This document shows positions 21,101 through 31,240 of a stretch of DNA of 64,000 nt, in pieces. The stretch comes from an uncultured Gammaproteobacteria bacterium. Its GTDB lineage: Bacteria > Pseudomonadota > Gammaproteobacteria > DRLM01. Location of the stretch: positions 192,001 through 256,000 of the forward strand of contig CAVSNY010000007.1 of the NCBI GenBank assembly GCA_963729605.1, in the 5' to 3' direction. Under the pieces are notes generated by a model. The model was not told the DNA's origin. It was given only the letters and a program-made list of their open reading frames with translations, and did no database searches. Position numbers and translations under genes: made by a program. Within the stretch, counting starts at the first letter, position 1, and each line of letters begins with the position of its first letter.

Positions 21101-22042
21101 GTGGGATTGAAAAGCTGGCTGATACGACGCCTGACCCGGTGGTTGGCCAAGGAACGCCCGCTCGGCGACATGCCGTTGTGCAACTTCGAGCACTTGTCCT
21201 TGGAAATACGACCCGGCGATGTCTTGCTGGTGGAGGGCCGCAGCCGGGTCAGCGACATCATCAAGAACATCACGCAAACCGCCTGGACCCATTCCGCCCT
21301 TTACATCGGCCGTCTGCGTGATATCGAAGATCCCAGCCTGCGCGCGCTGATCCACAAATTTTATGGCGGCGATGAAGACCAGCAATTGATCATCGAGGCC
21401 CTGCTCGGCCAAGGGACCCTGGTGGTGCCGCTCGCCAAATATCGCGGCGAACATTTGCGGGTCTGCCGACCGCGGGGACTGTCGCGGCAAGACGCCCAGC
21501 GCATCATCGAATATTGCGCCCATCATTTGGGCACCGATTACGATCTCCGCCAATTGGTCGATCTCGCGCGCTTCATGGTGCCTTATACCGTGTTGCCGAG
21601 GCGCTGGCGTTCCACCTTGTTCGAACACAATGCCGGCATGCCGACCCGCACCGTGTGTTCGTCGATGATCGCCGCCGCCTTCACCGGCGTGCATTATCCC
21701 ATCCTGCCGGTCATACAGCGCGGTGTTGATGGTAAGCTGCAACTCTATAAACGCAATACGCGTTTGTTCACTCCGCGAGATTTCGATTATTCACCTTACT
21801 TCGACATCATCAAGTATCCGATCTTGGGCGTGGATGATCTGGCGTTGTACCGCCAGTTGCCGTGGAATCAGGACGGGGTGATCTGCAACGACGAAAACGA
21901 TTGTTTTATTCCAGAACATGGCCGGGTGATTTCACCCGTGGCGCCGGTCGCCGCGGAACCCGCGACTGACGGCGCCGAGTCGGCCGTAGCCCGGCCCAAG
22001 GGCAAGGTGATCTTTTTCGGCAAGAAGAAAGGCGTGTCATGA
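21101..22042 (+). CDS. Permuted papain-like amidase, YaeF/YiiX (C92) family
   Basis: RPGDVLLVEG, WTHSALYIG, YDL, VCSSMIA, FTPRDF (His before Cys); GTG start after GAGGA, ORF open from 20975. Confidence 0.85.
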   Translation: MGLKSWLIRRLTRWLAKERPLGDMPLCNFEHLSLEIRPGDVLLVEGRSRVSDIIKNITQTAWTHSALYIGRLRDIEDPSLRALIHKFYGGDEDQQLIIEALLGQGTLVVPLAKYRGEHLRVCRPRGLSRQDAQRIIEYCAHHLGTDYDLRQLVDLARFMVPYTVLPRRWRSTLFEHNAGMPTRTVCSSMIAAAFTGVHYPILPVIQRGVDGKLQLYKRNTRLFTPRDFDYSPYFDIIKYPILGVDDLALYRQLPWNQDGVICNDENDCFIPEHGRVISPVAPVAAEPATDGAESAVARPKGKVIFFGKKKGVS

Positions 22043-24477
22043 ATCCATGGATTTGGTCATTGCTGTTTGTCGTGGTTCTGGGTGCCTTGGCGTATTGGCG
22101 TGTATCGCTCCGCATCGCCGCGGCGCTGACCGCCGGCTTCGCTTTTCTGTCCACCGTGATGCTCAATCCGGGATTTTTTCCGCTGCTGCTGAGTTGGCTG
22201 GCGGCGGCGATATTGCTGACGCTGACGATTGCGCCGCTGCGGCGGACCTTGATCAGCGATCGCGTCCTGCCGGTGTTGCGGCGCGCCTTGCCCGCCATGT
22301 CGCAGACCGAGCGCGACGCGCTGGAGGCGGGCACGGTGTGGTGGGACGCGGAGTTGTTCAGCGGCCGTCCCGACTGGAATAAATTGCTCGCCATTCCGGT
22401 GCCGCGCCTGAGCAAGGAGGAACAGGATTTTCTCGACGGCCCGGTGGAGCAACTCTGTCGCATGCTGGACGACTGGAAGATCACCCAGGAAGACTTCGAT
22501 CTGCCGCCCGCGGTGTGGGCCTATCTCAAGGCGCAGGGCTTCTTCGGCATGATCATCCCCAAACGTTACGGCGGCCTGGAATTCTCGGCGCTCGGCCACT
22601 CGGCGGTGGTGATGAAAATTTCCACCCGCAGCACCACCGCGGCGGTGACGGTGATGGTGCCCAACTCGCTCGGCCCCGCCGAGTTGCTGCTGCATTACGG
22701 CACCGAGGCGCAAAAAAATCATTATCTGCCGCGGCTGGCTCGCGGCGAAGACGTGCCGTGTTTCGCCTTGACCGGTCCCGAGGCCGGTTCCGACGCCAGC
22801 TCGATACCCGATACCGGCGTGGTGTGCCGCGCGTTGTTCGAAGGTAAAGAGACCCTAGGCATCCGCCTCAACTGGGACAAGCGCTACATCACCCTCGGCC
22901 CGGTGGCGACGGTGCTGGGTCTCGCCTTCAAGCTGTATGACCCCGATCGTTTATTGGGTCAACAAGCGGCGCTCGGCATCACCGTGGCGTTGATTCCCAC
23001 CGACACGCCGGGCATCGACATCGGCAATCGCCATTTTCCGCTCAACATCCCTTTTCAGAACGGCCCCAACCGCGGTCACGACGTCTTCATTCCCATGGAT
23101 TGGGTGATCGGCGGCGAGGCGCGGGTCGGCCAGGGTTGGCGGATGCTGATGGAAAGCCTGGCGGCGGGCCGCTCGATCTCCCTGCCGGCGCTCAGCACCG
23201 GCGCGGGCAAGCTGGCGAGCCGCGCCACCGGCGCCTATGCCCGCATCCGTAAGCAATTTAAAACCCCCATCGGCCGTTTTGAAGGGGTCGAGGAGGCGCT
23301 GGCGCGCATGGCGGGCTATACCTATATGATGGACGCGGCGCGCACCATGACCGCCGGCGCGGTGGATTTGGGGGAAAAGCCCTCGGTGATCTCGGCCATC
23401 GTCAAATACCAGCTCACCGAACGCATGCGCCAGATCGTCAACGACGCCATGGACGTGCAGGGCGGCAGCGCCATCTGCATGGGTCCGCGCAATTTCATGG
23501 GCCGCGTCTATCAAGCGATTCCCATCAGCATCACCGTGGAGGGCGCCAATATTCTCACCCGCAGTCTCATAATATTTGGTCAGGGCGCGGTACGCTGTCA
23601 TCCTTACGTGCTGAAAGAAATGCGGGCGGTGGCGGAAAAAGACCCGGCCGCGGCCTCGCAGCATTTCGATGCCGCCTTGTTCGGCCACCTCGGTTTCACC
23701 CTCGGCAATGGCGCGCGCGCGTTGTGGTTGGGGCTGACCGGTGCCCGTTGGGCCAGCGCGCCGGTGAACGGGCCGACCCGCCGTTATTATCAACAGCTCA
23801 CCCGCATGAGCGCCGCCTTCGCCCTGGCCGCCGACCTGGCCATGCTCAGTCTGGGCGGCGCGCTCAAGCGCAAGGAAAAACTCTCGGGCCGCTTCGCCGA
23901 TGTGTTGAGCCAGTTGTATCTGGCCTCGGCGGTACTCAAACGTTTTGAAGATCAGGAGCGCCCCGCGGCCGATCTGCCTCTGGTGCGCTGGGCCTGCGAA
24001 GATGCCTTGCAACAATTGCAAACCGCGCTGGACGGTGTTTTGAAAAATTTGCCACAGCGGCCGCTGGCCTGGCTGTTGCGCGCGCTGATCTTTCCGCTCG
24101 GCAAACCGTATTCGGCGCCGGACGACCAACTCGGTCATCACGTAGCGAAAATGCTGCTTACGCCGTCGCCGGCGCGCGACCGGCTCACCGCCGGCATGTT
24201 CGTGCCCACCGAGGCGGAGCAGGCCTTGGGCCGTTTGGAATTGGCTTTGCATGCGGTGGAGCGTGCCGACGCGATTGAAAAAACCCTGGCCCAGGCCGTC
24301 AAGGGCGGGCGCTTGCCCCAGGCGCCTTTGCTGGAGTTGGTCGAACTCGCCGTGGCGCGCGGGGTCATTGATCAACATGACGCCGAGCGTGTGCGCACCG
24401 CCGAGCGATTGCGGCGTGAGGTGATCACCGTCGATGAATTTTCCAAAGACTATTTGAGGAGGCGCTCAGATGAGTGA
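22039..24477 (+). CDS. fadE: Acyl-CoA dehydrogenase FadE
   Basis: ALEAGTVWWD, MVPNSLGPAELL, FALTGPEAGSDA, ITVEGANILTR; 812 aa. Confidence 0.96.
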   Translation: MNPWIWSLLFVVVLGALAYWRVSLRIAAALTAGFAFLSTVMLNPGFFPLLLSWLAAAILLTLTIAPLRRTLISDRVLPVLRRALPAMSQTERDALEAGTVWWDAELFSGRPDWNKLLAIPVPRLSKEEQDFLDGPVEQLCRMLDDWKITQEDFDLPPAVWAYLKAQGFFGMIIPKRYGGLEFSALGHSAVVMKISTRSTTAAVTVMVPNSLGPAELLLHYGTEAQKNHYLPRLARGEDVPCFALTGPEAGSDASSIPDTGVVCRALFEGKETLGIRLNWDKRYITLGPVATVLGLAFKLYDPDRLLGQQAALGITVALIPTDTPGIDIGNRHFPLNIPFQNGPNRGHDVFIPMDWVIGGEARVGQGWRMLMESLAAGRSISLPALSTGAGKLASRATGAYARIRKQFKTPIGRFEGVEEALARMAGYTYMMDAARTMTAGAVDLGEKPSVISAIVKYQLTERMRQIVNDAMDVQGGSAICMGPRNFMGRVYQAIPISITVEGANILTRSLIIFGQGAVRCHPYVLKEMRAVAEKDPAAASQHFDAALFGHLGFTLGNGARALWLGLTGARWASAPVNGPTRRYYQQLTRMSAAFALAADLAMLSLGGALKRKEKLSGRFADVLSQLYLASAVLKRFEDQERPAADLPLVRWACEDALQQLQTALDGVLKNLPQRPLAWLLRALIFPLGKPYSAPDDQLGHHVAKMLLTPSPARDRLTAGMFVPTEAEQALGRLELALHAVERADAIEKTLAQAVKGGRLPQAPLLELVELAVARGVIDQHDAERVRTAERLRREVITVDEFSKDYLRRRSDE

Positions 24478-25774
24478 TGGCGCGATGAATCACGGGCGGC
24501 CGGTCTATGTCGTCGACGGCGCACGCACCCCGCAATTGAAGGCCAAAGGCGCGCCGGGACCGTTCAGCGCCTCCGACCTGGCGGTGGGCGCCGGCCGGCC
24601 CCTGTTGCTACGCCAGCCCTTCGAACCCGCCGCCTTCGATCAAGTGATACTCGGCTGCGTGATGCCGGGTCCCGACGAGGCCAACATCGCGCGGCTGGTG
24701 GCGTTGCGGCTGGGCTGCGATCAGCGCACGCCGGCCTGGACCGTGCAGCGCAATTGCGCCTCGGGCATGCAGGCCCTCGACAACGCCTTTCACGACATCG
24801 CCGCCGGCCGTTCCGATCTGGTGTTGGCGGGTGGCGTCGAATCCATGAGCCGCGCGCCGGTGTTGCTGAGCGACGCGATGGTGGTGTGGTTGGCGCGATG
24901 GGGCGCGGCGCGCAATCTCGGCGCGCGCGCCAAGGCGCTTACCCAATTGCGGCCCGCCCATCTCGCGCCGGTGATCGGCCTGCTGCGCGGCCTCACCGAT
25001 CCGCTGGTGGGTTTGAACATGGGCCAGACCGCCGAGAATCTCGCCTACCGTTTCAAGATCAGCCGCGAGGACATGGACGCCTTCGCCTTGGAGAGCCATC
25101 GCCGGCTCGCCGCCGCGCAAGACGAAGGACGGCTCGGCGAAATCGAATTGCTGTACGACGGCGCCGGCAAAGTCTACGGCGAGGACGACGGCCTGCGCCG
25201 CGACGGCGACATGACCAAGCTCGCCAAATTGAAGCCGGTGTTCGACAAAAAATTCGGCATGGTCACCGCCGGCAACAGCGCGCAGATCACCGATGGCGCG
25301 GCGCTGTTGATCCTCGCCAGCGAAGCCGCGGTGAAAAAACACCGGCTGTCGGTGTTGGGTCGCATCGTCGACAGCCAGTGGGCCGGCGTCGATCCGGCGC
25401 AGATGGGGCTCGGCCCCGCCAACGCCATCGCGCCGCTGTTGCAACGCGGCAAGTTCGGCGTGAACGATATCGATTATTGGGAGATCAACGAAGCCTTCGC
25501 CGCGCAAGTGCTGGCGGTGCTTGCCGCGTTGAAGGACGAAACCTATAGCCGGGTCGAACTCGGCTGGGATCACGCGGTGGGCGAGATTCCCCGCGAACGT
25601 CTCAACATCGACGGCGGCGGCATCAGTCTCGGTCATCCGGTGGGCGCCAGCGGCGCGCGCATCGTGCTGCACTTGTTACACGTGTTGCAACAGCGCGGCG
25701 GCCGCCGCGGCATCGCCAGTTTGTGCATCGGCGGCGGCCAGGGCGGCGCCATGTTGCTGGAAAGCGAGGGTTGA
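24470..25774 (+). CDS. fadI: Acetyl-CoA C-acyltransferase (thiolase)
   Basis: RNCASG, EINEAFA, GHPVGASG, CIGGG. Confidence 0.88.
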   Translation: MSDGAMNHGRPVYVVDGARTPQLKAKGAPGPFSASDLAVGAGRPLLLRQPFEPAAFDQVILGCVMPGPDEANIARLVALRLGCDQRTPAWTVQRNCASGMQALDNAFHDIAAGRSDLVLAGGVESMSRAPVLLSDAMVVWLARWGAARNLGARAKALTQLRPAHLAPVIGLLRGLTDPLVGLNMGQTAENLAYRFKISREDMDAFALESHRRLAAAQDEGRLGEIELLYDGAGKVYGEDDGLRRDGDMTKLAKLKPVFDKKFGMVTAGNSAQITDGAALLILASEAAVKKHRLSVLGRIVDSQWAGVDPAQMGLGPANAIAPLLQRGKFGVNDIDYWEINEAFAAQVLAVLAALKDETYSRVELGWDHAVGEIPRERLNIDGGGISLGHPVGASGARIVLHLLHVLQQRGGRRGIASLCIGGGQGGAMLLESEG

Positions 25775-25777
25775 ACC

Positions 25778-27820
25778 ATGGCCGATGAGCTGATGTATAC
25801 ACACTGGCATCTGGAGATCGACGCCAAGCGCATCGCCTGGCTGGCCATCGATAAAGCCGAGGCCGGCGCCAACGTGCTTTCCAAAGACGTGTTGGAAGAA
25901 TTGCAAGCCGTCATCGACGCGCTCGCCGCCGCGCGGCCGCGCGGCCTGGTGATTCATTCGGCCAAGGCCAACGGTTTCATCGCCGGCGCCGACGTGAAGG
26001 AATTCACCGCGCTGAACAACTTCGAGGAGGCGACCGAACTGGTCGGCCGCGGCCAGGCCGTGTTGAACCGCCTCGAAGCCTTGCCGTTTCCCACCGTCGC
26101 GATGATTCATGGTTTTTGCCTGGGCGGCGGCATGGAGCTGGCGCTGGCCTGCCGCTATCGCGTCGCCGAAGACGACCCGCGCACGCGGCTGGGTTTGCCC
26201 GAAGTGAAACTCGGCATCCACCCCGGCTTCGGCGGCACCGTGCGTCTGCCGCCGTTGATCGGCGCCCCGGCGGCGATGGATTTGATGTTGAGCGGCCGCA
26301 CCGTGGAGGCGCGCCAGGCGCAAAAAATGGGCTTGGTGGATTACGCCGTACCGGCGCGGCAGTTGCGGCGCGCCGCCGAGAGCATGGTGCTGGAGCAGCC
26401 GAAACCGCATCGGCCCAAATTTTTCCAGCGCGTCACCAATCACGGCGCGCTGCGGCCGCTGCTGGCGTCCAGGCTGCGCAAGAAAGTGGCGGACAAGGCG
26501 CCGCCGCAACACTATCCCGCGCCTTACGCGATGATCGATCTTTGGTCGGAATACGCCGGCAACCGTGAACGGATGATGCAGGAGGAGGCCCGTTCGGTGG
26601 CGCGGCTGGTGACCGGCGACACCGCGCGCAATCTGGTGCGGGTGTTCTTTTTGCAGGAGCGGCTGAAGTCGCTGGGCCGCGGCGCGGATTTCAACGCCAA
26701 ACACGTGCACGTAATCGGCGCCGGCGTGATGGGCGGCGACATCGCCGCCTGGTGCGCGCTGCGCGGATTGCGGGTCACGGTGCAGGATCGCAGTCCCGAG
26801 GCTCTCGGCCGGGTGATGAAGCGCGCGCAGGCCTTGTATAAAAAGAAATTGAAAGTGCCGCGGCTGGTGCAGGCCGCCATGGACCGCTTGCAGCCGGATC
26901 GGGCCGGCGCCGGTTTGCGGCGCGCCGACGTCATCATCGAGGCGATTTTCGAGGACATCAAGGCGAAACAACATCTCTACCGCGAGATCGAACCGCTGAT
27001 CCGCGCCGACGCGCTGCTCGCCACCAACACCTCGAGCATTCCGCTGGAGACTTTGAGCGAAGTGCTGCGGCATCCCGAGCGTTTGGTCGGCGTGCACTTT
27101 TTCAATCCGGTCGCGCAAATGCAATTGGTGGAAGTGGTGGCCAGCACGCGGACGTCGCCCGAGACGGCGAAACAGGCCGCCGCCTTCGTGCGGCAGATCG
27201 ATCGTCTGCCCCTGCCGGTCAGGAGTTCGCCGGGCTTTTTGGTGAACCGGGTGTTGATGCCGTATCTGCTGGAGGCGGTGGCCCTCGAAGCGGAAGGCGT
27301 GCCGGCGACGGTGATCGACGCCGCCGCCACCGAGTTCGGCATGCCGATGGGGCCGATCCTGCTCGCCGATACCGTGGGCCTCGACATTTGTCTCTCGGTG
27401 GCGGAGATTCTTTCCAAGCAATTGCAGCGCGGCGAGGTGCCGCCGCGCTTGCGCGAGCTGGTCGCCGCCGGCCATCTCGGCAAGAAAAGTGGCCGGGGAT
27501 TTTATACCTATCAAGGCGACCGGCCGGTGTTCGTCAAACCGCCCAAGGGTTATCAGCCGCCGGCGGATATCACCGACCGCCTGATGTTCCGTTACTTCAA
27601 CGAGGCGATGGCCTGTCTCCGCGAAGGCGTGGTGGAAGACGCCGACCTGCTCGATGCGGGTATGATCTTCGCCACCGGCTTCGCGCCCTTCCGCGGCGGG
27701 CCGCTGCACTTCGCGCGGCACACCGGCGCCGAGGCGGTGCGGCGGCGCCTGGAACAATTGACCCAAGAACACGGCCGGATTTTCCAGCCGGACGAGGGAT
27801 GGCAGTCCGTATTAACCTGA
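25778..27820 (+). CDS. fadJ: Enoyl-CoA hydratase/3-hydroxyacyl-CoA dehydrogenase
   Basis: FIAGAD, GLPEVKLGIHPGFGG, VIGAGVMG, ATNTSS, HFFNP. Confidence 0.88.
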   Translation: MADELMYTHWHLEIDAKRIAWLAIDKAEAGANVLSKDVLEELQAVIDALAAARPRGLVIHSAKANGFIAGADVKEFTALNNFEEATELVGRGQAVLNRLEALPFPTVAMIHGFCLGGGMELALACRYRVAEDDPRTRLGLPEVKLGIHPGFGGTVRLPPLIGAPAAMDLMLSGRTVEARQAQKMGLVDYAVPARQLRRAAESMVLEQPKPHRPKFFQRVTNHGALRPLLASRLRKKVADKAPPQHYPAPYAMIDLWSEYAGNRERMMQEEARSVARLVTGDTARNLVRVFFLQERLKSLGRGADFNAKHVHVIGAGVMGGDIAAWCALRGLRVTVQDRSPEALGRVMKRAQALYKKKLKVPRLVQAAMDRLQPDRAGAGLRRADVIIEAIFEDIKAKQHLYREIEPLIRADALLATNTSSIPLETLSEVLRHPERLVGVHFFNPVAQMQLVEVVASTRTSPETAKQAAAFVRQIDRLPLPVRSSPGFLVNRVLMPYLLEAVALEAEGVPATVIDAAATEFGMPMGPILLADTVGLDICLSVAEILSKQLQRGEVPPRLRELVAAGHLGKKSGRGFYTYQGDRPVFVKPPKGYQPPADITDRLMFRYFNEAMACLREGVVEDADLLDAGMIFATGFAPFRGGPLHFARHTGAEAVRRRLEQLTQEHGRIFQPDEGWQSVLT

Positions 27821-27830
27821 TGAGGCGCCG

Positions 27831-29630
27831 ATGTCAGAGGCCGTACCGGACATTATCACCCCGCAAACCGCGATAACCCTGGCGGGCCTGTTCCGCGAAC
27901 GGGTGCGGCGCAGCCCCGACGCGTCCGCCTACCGTTATTTCGATGAGACCACCATGCAGTGGCAGACCGTGCGCTGGGCCGACATGGCCCGCCAAGTCGC
28001 GCGCTGGCAGGCCGCGCTGTTGCAAGAAGGCGTGCAACGCGGCGACCGCGTGGCGGTGATGCTGCAAAACGGCCGCGAATGGGTGTGTTTCGAACAGGCC
28101 GCGCTGGGGCTGGGCCTGGTGGTGGTACCGCTCTACGTCAACGACCGCGCGGAAAACGCCGCGTATATCCTGCGCGACGCCGGCGCCAAGTTCCTGTTGA
28201 TCGGCGGCGCCGAACATTGGCAGGGCCTGCGCGAGATACGCGGCCAACTTGATGAGCTCAAGCATGTCGTGGTGGTGAAGCCGTTCGAGGACATGGACCC
28301 GGCGCTCACGGTGTTGAACACCTGGCTGCCCGTCGACGGCGGCGAGCTGCGCACGGTGGACGGTGCGCCCGATGAACTCGCGACCCTGGTCTACACCTCG
28401 GGCACCACCGGCCATCCCAAAGGCGTGATGCTCAGCCACCGCAATATTTTGAGCAACGCCTACAGTTGTTCGCGCACGGTGCCGGTTACCGGTGACGATG
28501 TATTTTTATCTTTTCTGCCCTTGTCTCACGCCCTCGAACGCACCGTGGGCCATTACCTGCCGATGATGGCGGGGGCGACCGTGGCTTACGCGCGCTCCAT
28601 TCCGCTCTTGTCGGAAGACCTGCTCAGCGTGCGGCCCACCATCCTCATTTCCGTGCCGCGCATCTACGAACGCATCTACGCCAAGCTCCGCGCCCAGCTC
28701 GATGAAAAACCGCCGATGGCGCGGCGCCTGTTCGAGTCGGCGGTGGAGGTGGGCTGGCAGCGTTTCGAGCGGCGTCAGGGCCGCGCGCCGTGGCGGATAT
28801 CGCAATTGTGGTGGCCGCTGCTGGAAAAATTGGTCGCCCGCAAATTGATGACGAAGATGGGCGGCCGGGTACGGGTGGCGGTGTGCGGCGGCGCGCCGCT
28901 GTCGCCGTCCATCGCGCGGGTGTTCGTCGGTTTGGGTCTGCCGCTGATTCAAGGTTACGGCCTCACCGAGACCAGTCCGGTGGTGAGCGCCAATCAGCTC
29001 GATGACAATATCCCGGCCAGTGTGGGCCTGCCGTTGCAGGAGGTGGAGGTGCGCCTGGGCGCCGACGGCGAATTGCAGGTGCGCGGACCCAATGTGTGCC
29101 TGGGTTATTGGAACAAGCCCGAGGCGAGCGCCGCGCTGATTGGCGCCGACGGCTGGCTGCACACCGGCGATGTGGCGCGCATCGAAAATCGACATATCTT
29201 CATCACCGGCCGGCTCAAGGAGATCATCGTGCTGGCCAACGGCGAGAAACTGCCACCGGCGGACATGGAGGCGGCCATCGCCCGCGATCCGGTGTTTGAA
29301 CATGTCCTGGTGATCGGCGAAGGACGGCCGTATCTGAGCGCGCTGGTGGTGCTCAACCCCGAACGCTGGAAGACCGCGGCGCGCAGTCTGGGCGTCGATC
29401 CCGACGCGGCTGACGTGTTGAATTCCAAGCCGGTGGAGAAATGGGCGTTGGGCTGCATCGACGCCCAGGTGCGCGGCTTTCCCGGTTACGTGCAGGTGCG
29501 GCGGGTGGCGGTGAGTCTGCTACCATGGACCATCGAAAACGGTCTGCTCACGCCGACGCTCAAGGTGCGGCGCGAGCGCATCCTCGCTCAATTCCGCGAC
29601 GCGGTGGACCGGCTCTACGAAGGACATTGA
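27831..29630 (+). CDS. fadD: Long-chain fatty acid-CoA ligase
   Basis: YTSGTTGHPKG, QGYGLTET, GWLHTGD, LTPTLK. Confidence 0.9.
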   Translation: MSEAVPDIITPQTAITLAGLFRERVRRSPDASAYRYFDETTMQWQTVRWADMARQVARWQAALLQEGVQRGDRVAVMLQNGREWVCFEQAALGLGLVVVPLYVNDRAENAAYILRDAGAKFLLIGGAEHWQGLREIRGQLDELKHVVVVKPFEDMDPALTVLNTWLPVDGGELRTVDGAPDELATLVYTSGTTGHPKGVMLSHRNILSNAYSCSRTVPVTGDDVFLSFLPLSHALERTVGHYLPMMAGATVAYARSIPLLSEDLLSVRPTILISVPRIYERIYAKLRAQLDEKPPMARRLFESAVEVGWQRFERRQGRAPWRISQLWWPLLEKLVARKLMTKMGGRVRVAVCGGAPLSPSIARVFVGLGLPLIQGYGLTETSPVVSANQLDDNIPASVGLPLQEVEVRLGADGELQVRGPNVCLGYWNKPEASAALIGADGWLHTGDVARIENRHIFITGRLKEIIVLANGEKLPPADMEAAIARDPVFEHVLVIGEGRPYLSALVVLNPERWKTAARSLGVDPDAADVLNSKPVEKWALGCIDAQVRGFPGYVQVRRVAVSLLPWTIENGLLTPTLKVRRERILAQFRDAVDRLYEGH

Positions 29631-29646
29631 TGAAAGGAAGCCGCGC

Positions 29647-30045
29647 GTGATCTCTCCCTGTCTGCCCAAAGACCGCGATCCGACCTTGCGTATCGTGGCC
29701 ATGCCCACCGACACCAATGCGTCGGGCGATATCTTCGGCGGCTGGATCATGTCGCAGGTGGACATCGCCGCCAGCATCGCCGCCTTGCGCCGCGCCCAGG
29801 GGCGGGTGGTGACGGTGGCGGTGAATTCCTTCGAGTTCCATCGGCCGGTGTTCGTCGGCGACCTCATCAGTTGCTACGCCGAAGTGACGCGGGTGGGGCG
29901 CACCTCGCTCACCGTGGAAGTCGAAGTGTTCGCCGAGCGCAATCGCCAGCAGGACGATTGCATCAAGGTCACCCAGGCGACGCTGACCTTCGTCGCGGTC
30001 GACGACCAGCGCCGCCCGCGGCCGGTGCCGCCCGCGGCGGCATGA
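29647..30045 (+). CDS. yciA: Acyl-CoA thioesterase
   Basis: AMPTDTNASGDIFGGWIMSQVD hotdog motif. Confidence 0.9.
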   Translation: MISPCLPKDRDPTLRIVAMPTDTNASGDIFGGWIMSQVDIAASIAALRRAQGRVVTVAVNSFEFHRPVFVGDLISCYAEVTRVGRTSLTVEVEVFAERNRQQDDCIKVTQATLTFVAVDDQRRPRPVPPAAA

Positions 30046-30057
30046 TGGAATTATTAA

Positions 30058-30896
30058 CTAGAACCTATCTCAAAATTGCCTGAGCAGGATACCGATGGTT
30101 GCCAGCTGCACAAACCCGAGAAAATTCTCGGCGTAGTATTCCCAACGGACCAGGAGACGACGTTGCCATTGAAGCCAGGCAAAGAAGCGTTCCACCAGCC
30201 AGCGTCGTTCGTATCGGCGCAGGCGACGCCCGTCTTGTGTCTTGGATTTTACGCGATTCTGCCGGTGCGGCGAGATCATCTCGATGCCCTCTTGCCGCAA
30301 TTCCTCGTCCAGTTTGTCGCTGTCGTAGGCACGATCGCCAATCAGATTTTCCGGCTTCGCTTCGATCATGTAGAACTCGAAACTCAGCTGCACCAGCGTG
30401 ACTTCATGGTGGTTCGCCGCATGCGTACTGACCGCCAGCGGCAAGCCGTGACGATCCACAATTGCCATGATTTTAACGCCTTTTCCGCGTTTTGTCGGGC
30501 CGATCTCCGCGCCGCCGCCCTTGGCCGAGGCAAACGTGGCATCGATAAAGCATTCCGATTCATCCAGCGCGCCTTCATCGCGCAGCGTGTTGGCGAGAGA
30601 GGTCATGACATCACGCAGCACTTCGTTGCGGCACCAATTCTGAAAACGGCGATGCACCGTTTTGTAGTTCGGATAGCATTGCGGCAGCATATGCCACTGC
30701 GCGCCGGTATTGAGAATCCAGAGAACGGCATCGAGGACTTGACGGGAAGAAATCGGCTTGCGACCTGCGCGCCCCGCCGCAATGTTTTCCTCCGGAAAGT
30801 GTTCCCGGATGCGTTCCCAGTGTTGGTCGCTCAGCCGTAGCATGCGGCAAATTATATGCGATTCTGCTCAGCTTGTGATTTTGAGATAGGTTCTAG
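30058..30896 (-). mobile_element. IS5-family insertion sequence (IS427-like group)
   Basis: Perfect inverted ends ctagAACCTATCTCAAAAT...ATTTTGAGATAGGTTctag enclosing an intact transposase; coordinates include flanking CTAG. Confidence 0.93.
30070..30843 (-). CDS. IS5 family transposase
   Basis: LSDQHWERI, GAQWHMLP, IDAT, IGDRAYDS, RWLVERFFAWL (DDE). Confidence 0.95.
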   Translation of the reverse strand: MLRLSDQHWERIREHFPEENIAAGRAGRKPISSRQVLDAVLWILNTGAQWHMLPQCYPNYKTVHRRFQNWCRNEVLRDVMTSLANTLRDEGALDESECFIDATFASAKGGGAEIGPTKRGKGVKIMAIVDRHGLPLAVSTHAANHHEVTLVQLSFEFYMIEAKPENLIGDRAYDSDKLDEELRQEGIEMISPHRQNRVKSKTQDGRRLRRYERRWLVERFFAWLQWQRRLLVRWEYYAENFLGFVQLATIGILLRQF

Positions 30897-31045
30897 GGAA
30901 GCTCTGAATAATTCCATCCTGGAATTTTCAGAGCACGGACAGCGAAAATGTGATTTTCGCTTCCCTCCATTTTTAATGGTTAACGCCATTGAAAATGGCG
31001 GCACATCCCTGTGCCGCGGGAACCTCTGAATAAATCAGAGGTTCC
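30897..31045. mobile_element. MITE copy 2 (opposite orientation to copy 1)
   Basis: GGAAGCTCTGAATAA...TCAGAGGTTCC flanked by CTAG on both sides. Confidence 0.85.
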
Positions 31046-31240
31046 CTAGAAAAAGCGATTGACCACGGAGGGCACGGAGGGAAATCAACGATGGTGAGCC
31101 GGGTCGAAGTCGCTCGATAGATGAACGCCCGATGCCACACCGTCCTGATGCTCCGTACCCGCCGTGGTTTGCATCTAAAATTATGGATAGCATCACGCTG
31201 TTTGACGTTGCCTTGCCCTCTCCCGAATAAACTTGTGACA

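Noticed and set aside
22951-27772. Long antisense ORFs over the fad genes (also over mpl, amtB, dauA)
   Set aside because: Expected from GC3 bias in high-GC genes; no recognisable domains
30076-30840. 254 aa antisense ORF in the IS
   Set aside because: Shadow of the transposase frame, common in IS5-family elements
31070-31082. Short CACGGAGGG tandem (accacggagggcacggaggg)
   Set aside because: Only two 9 bp units; insufficient to assign
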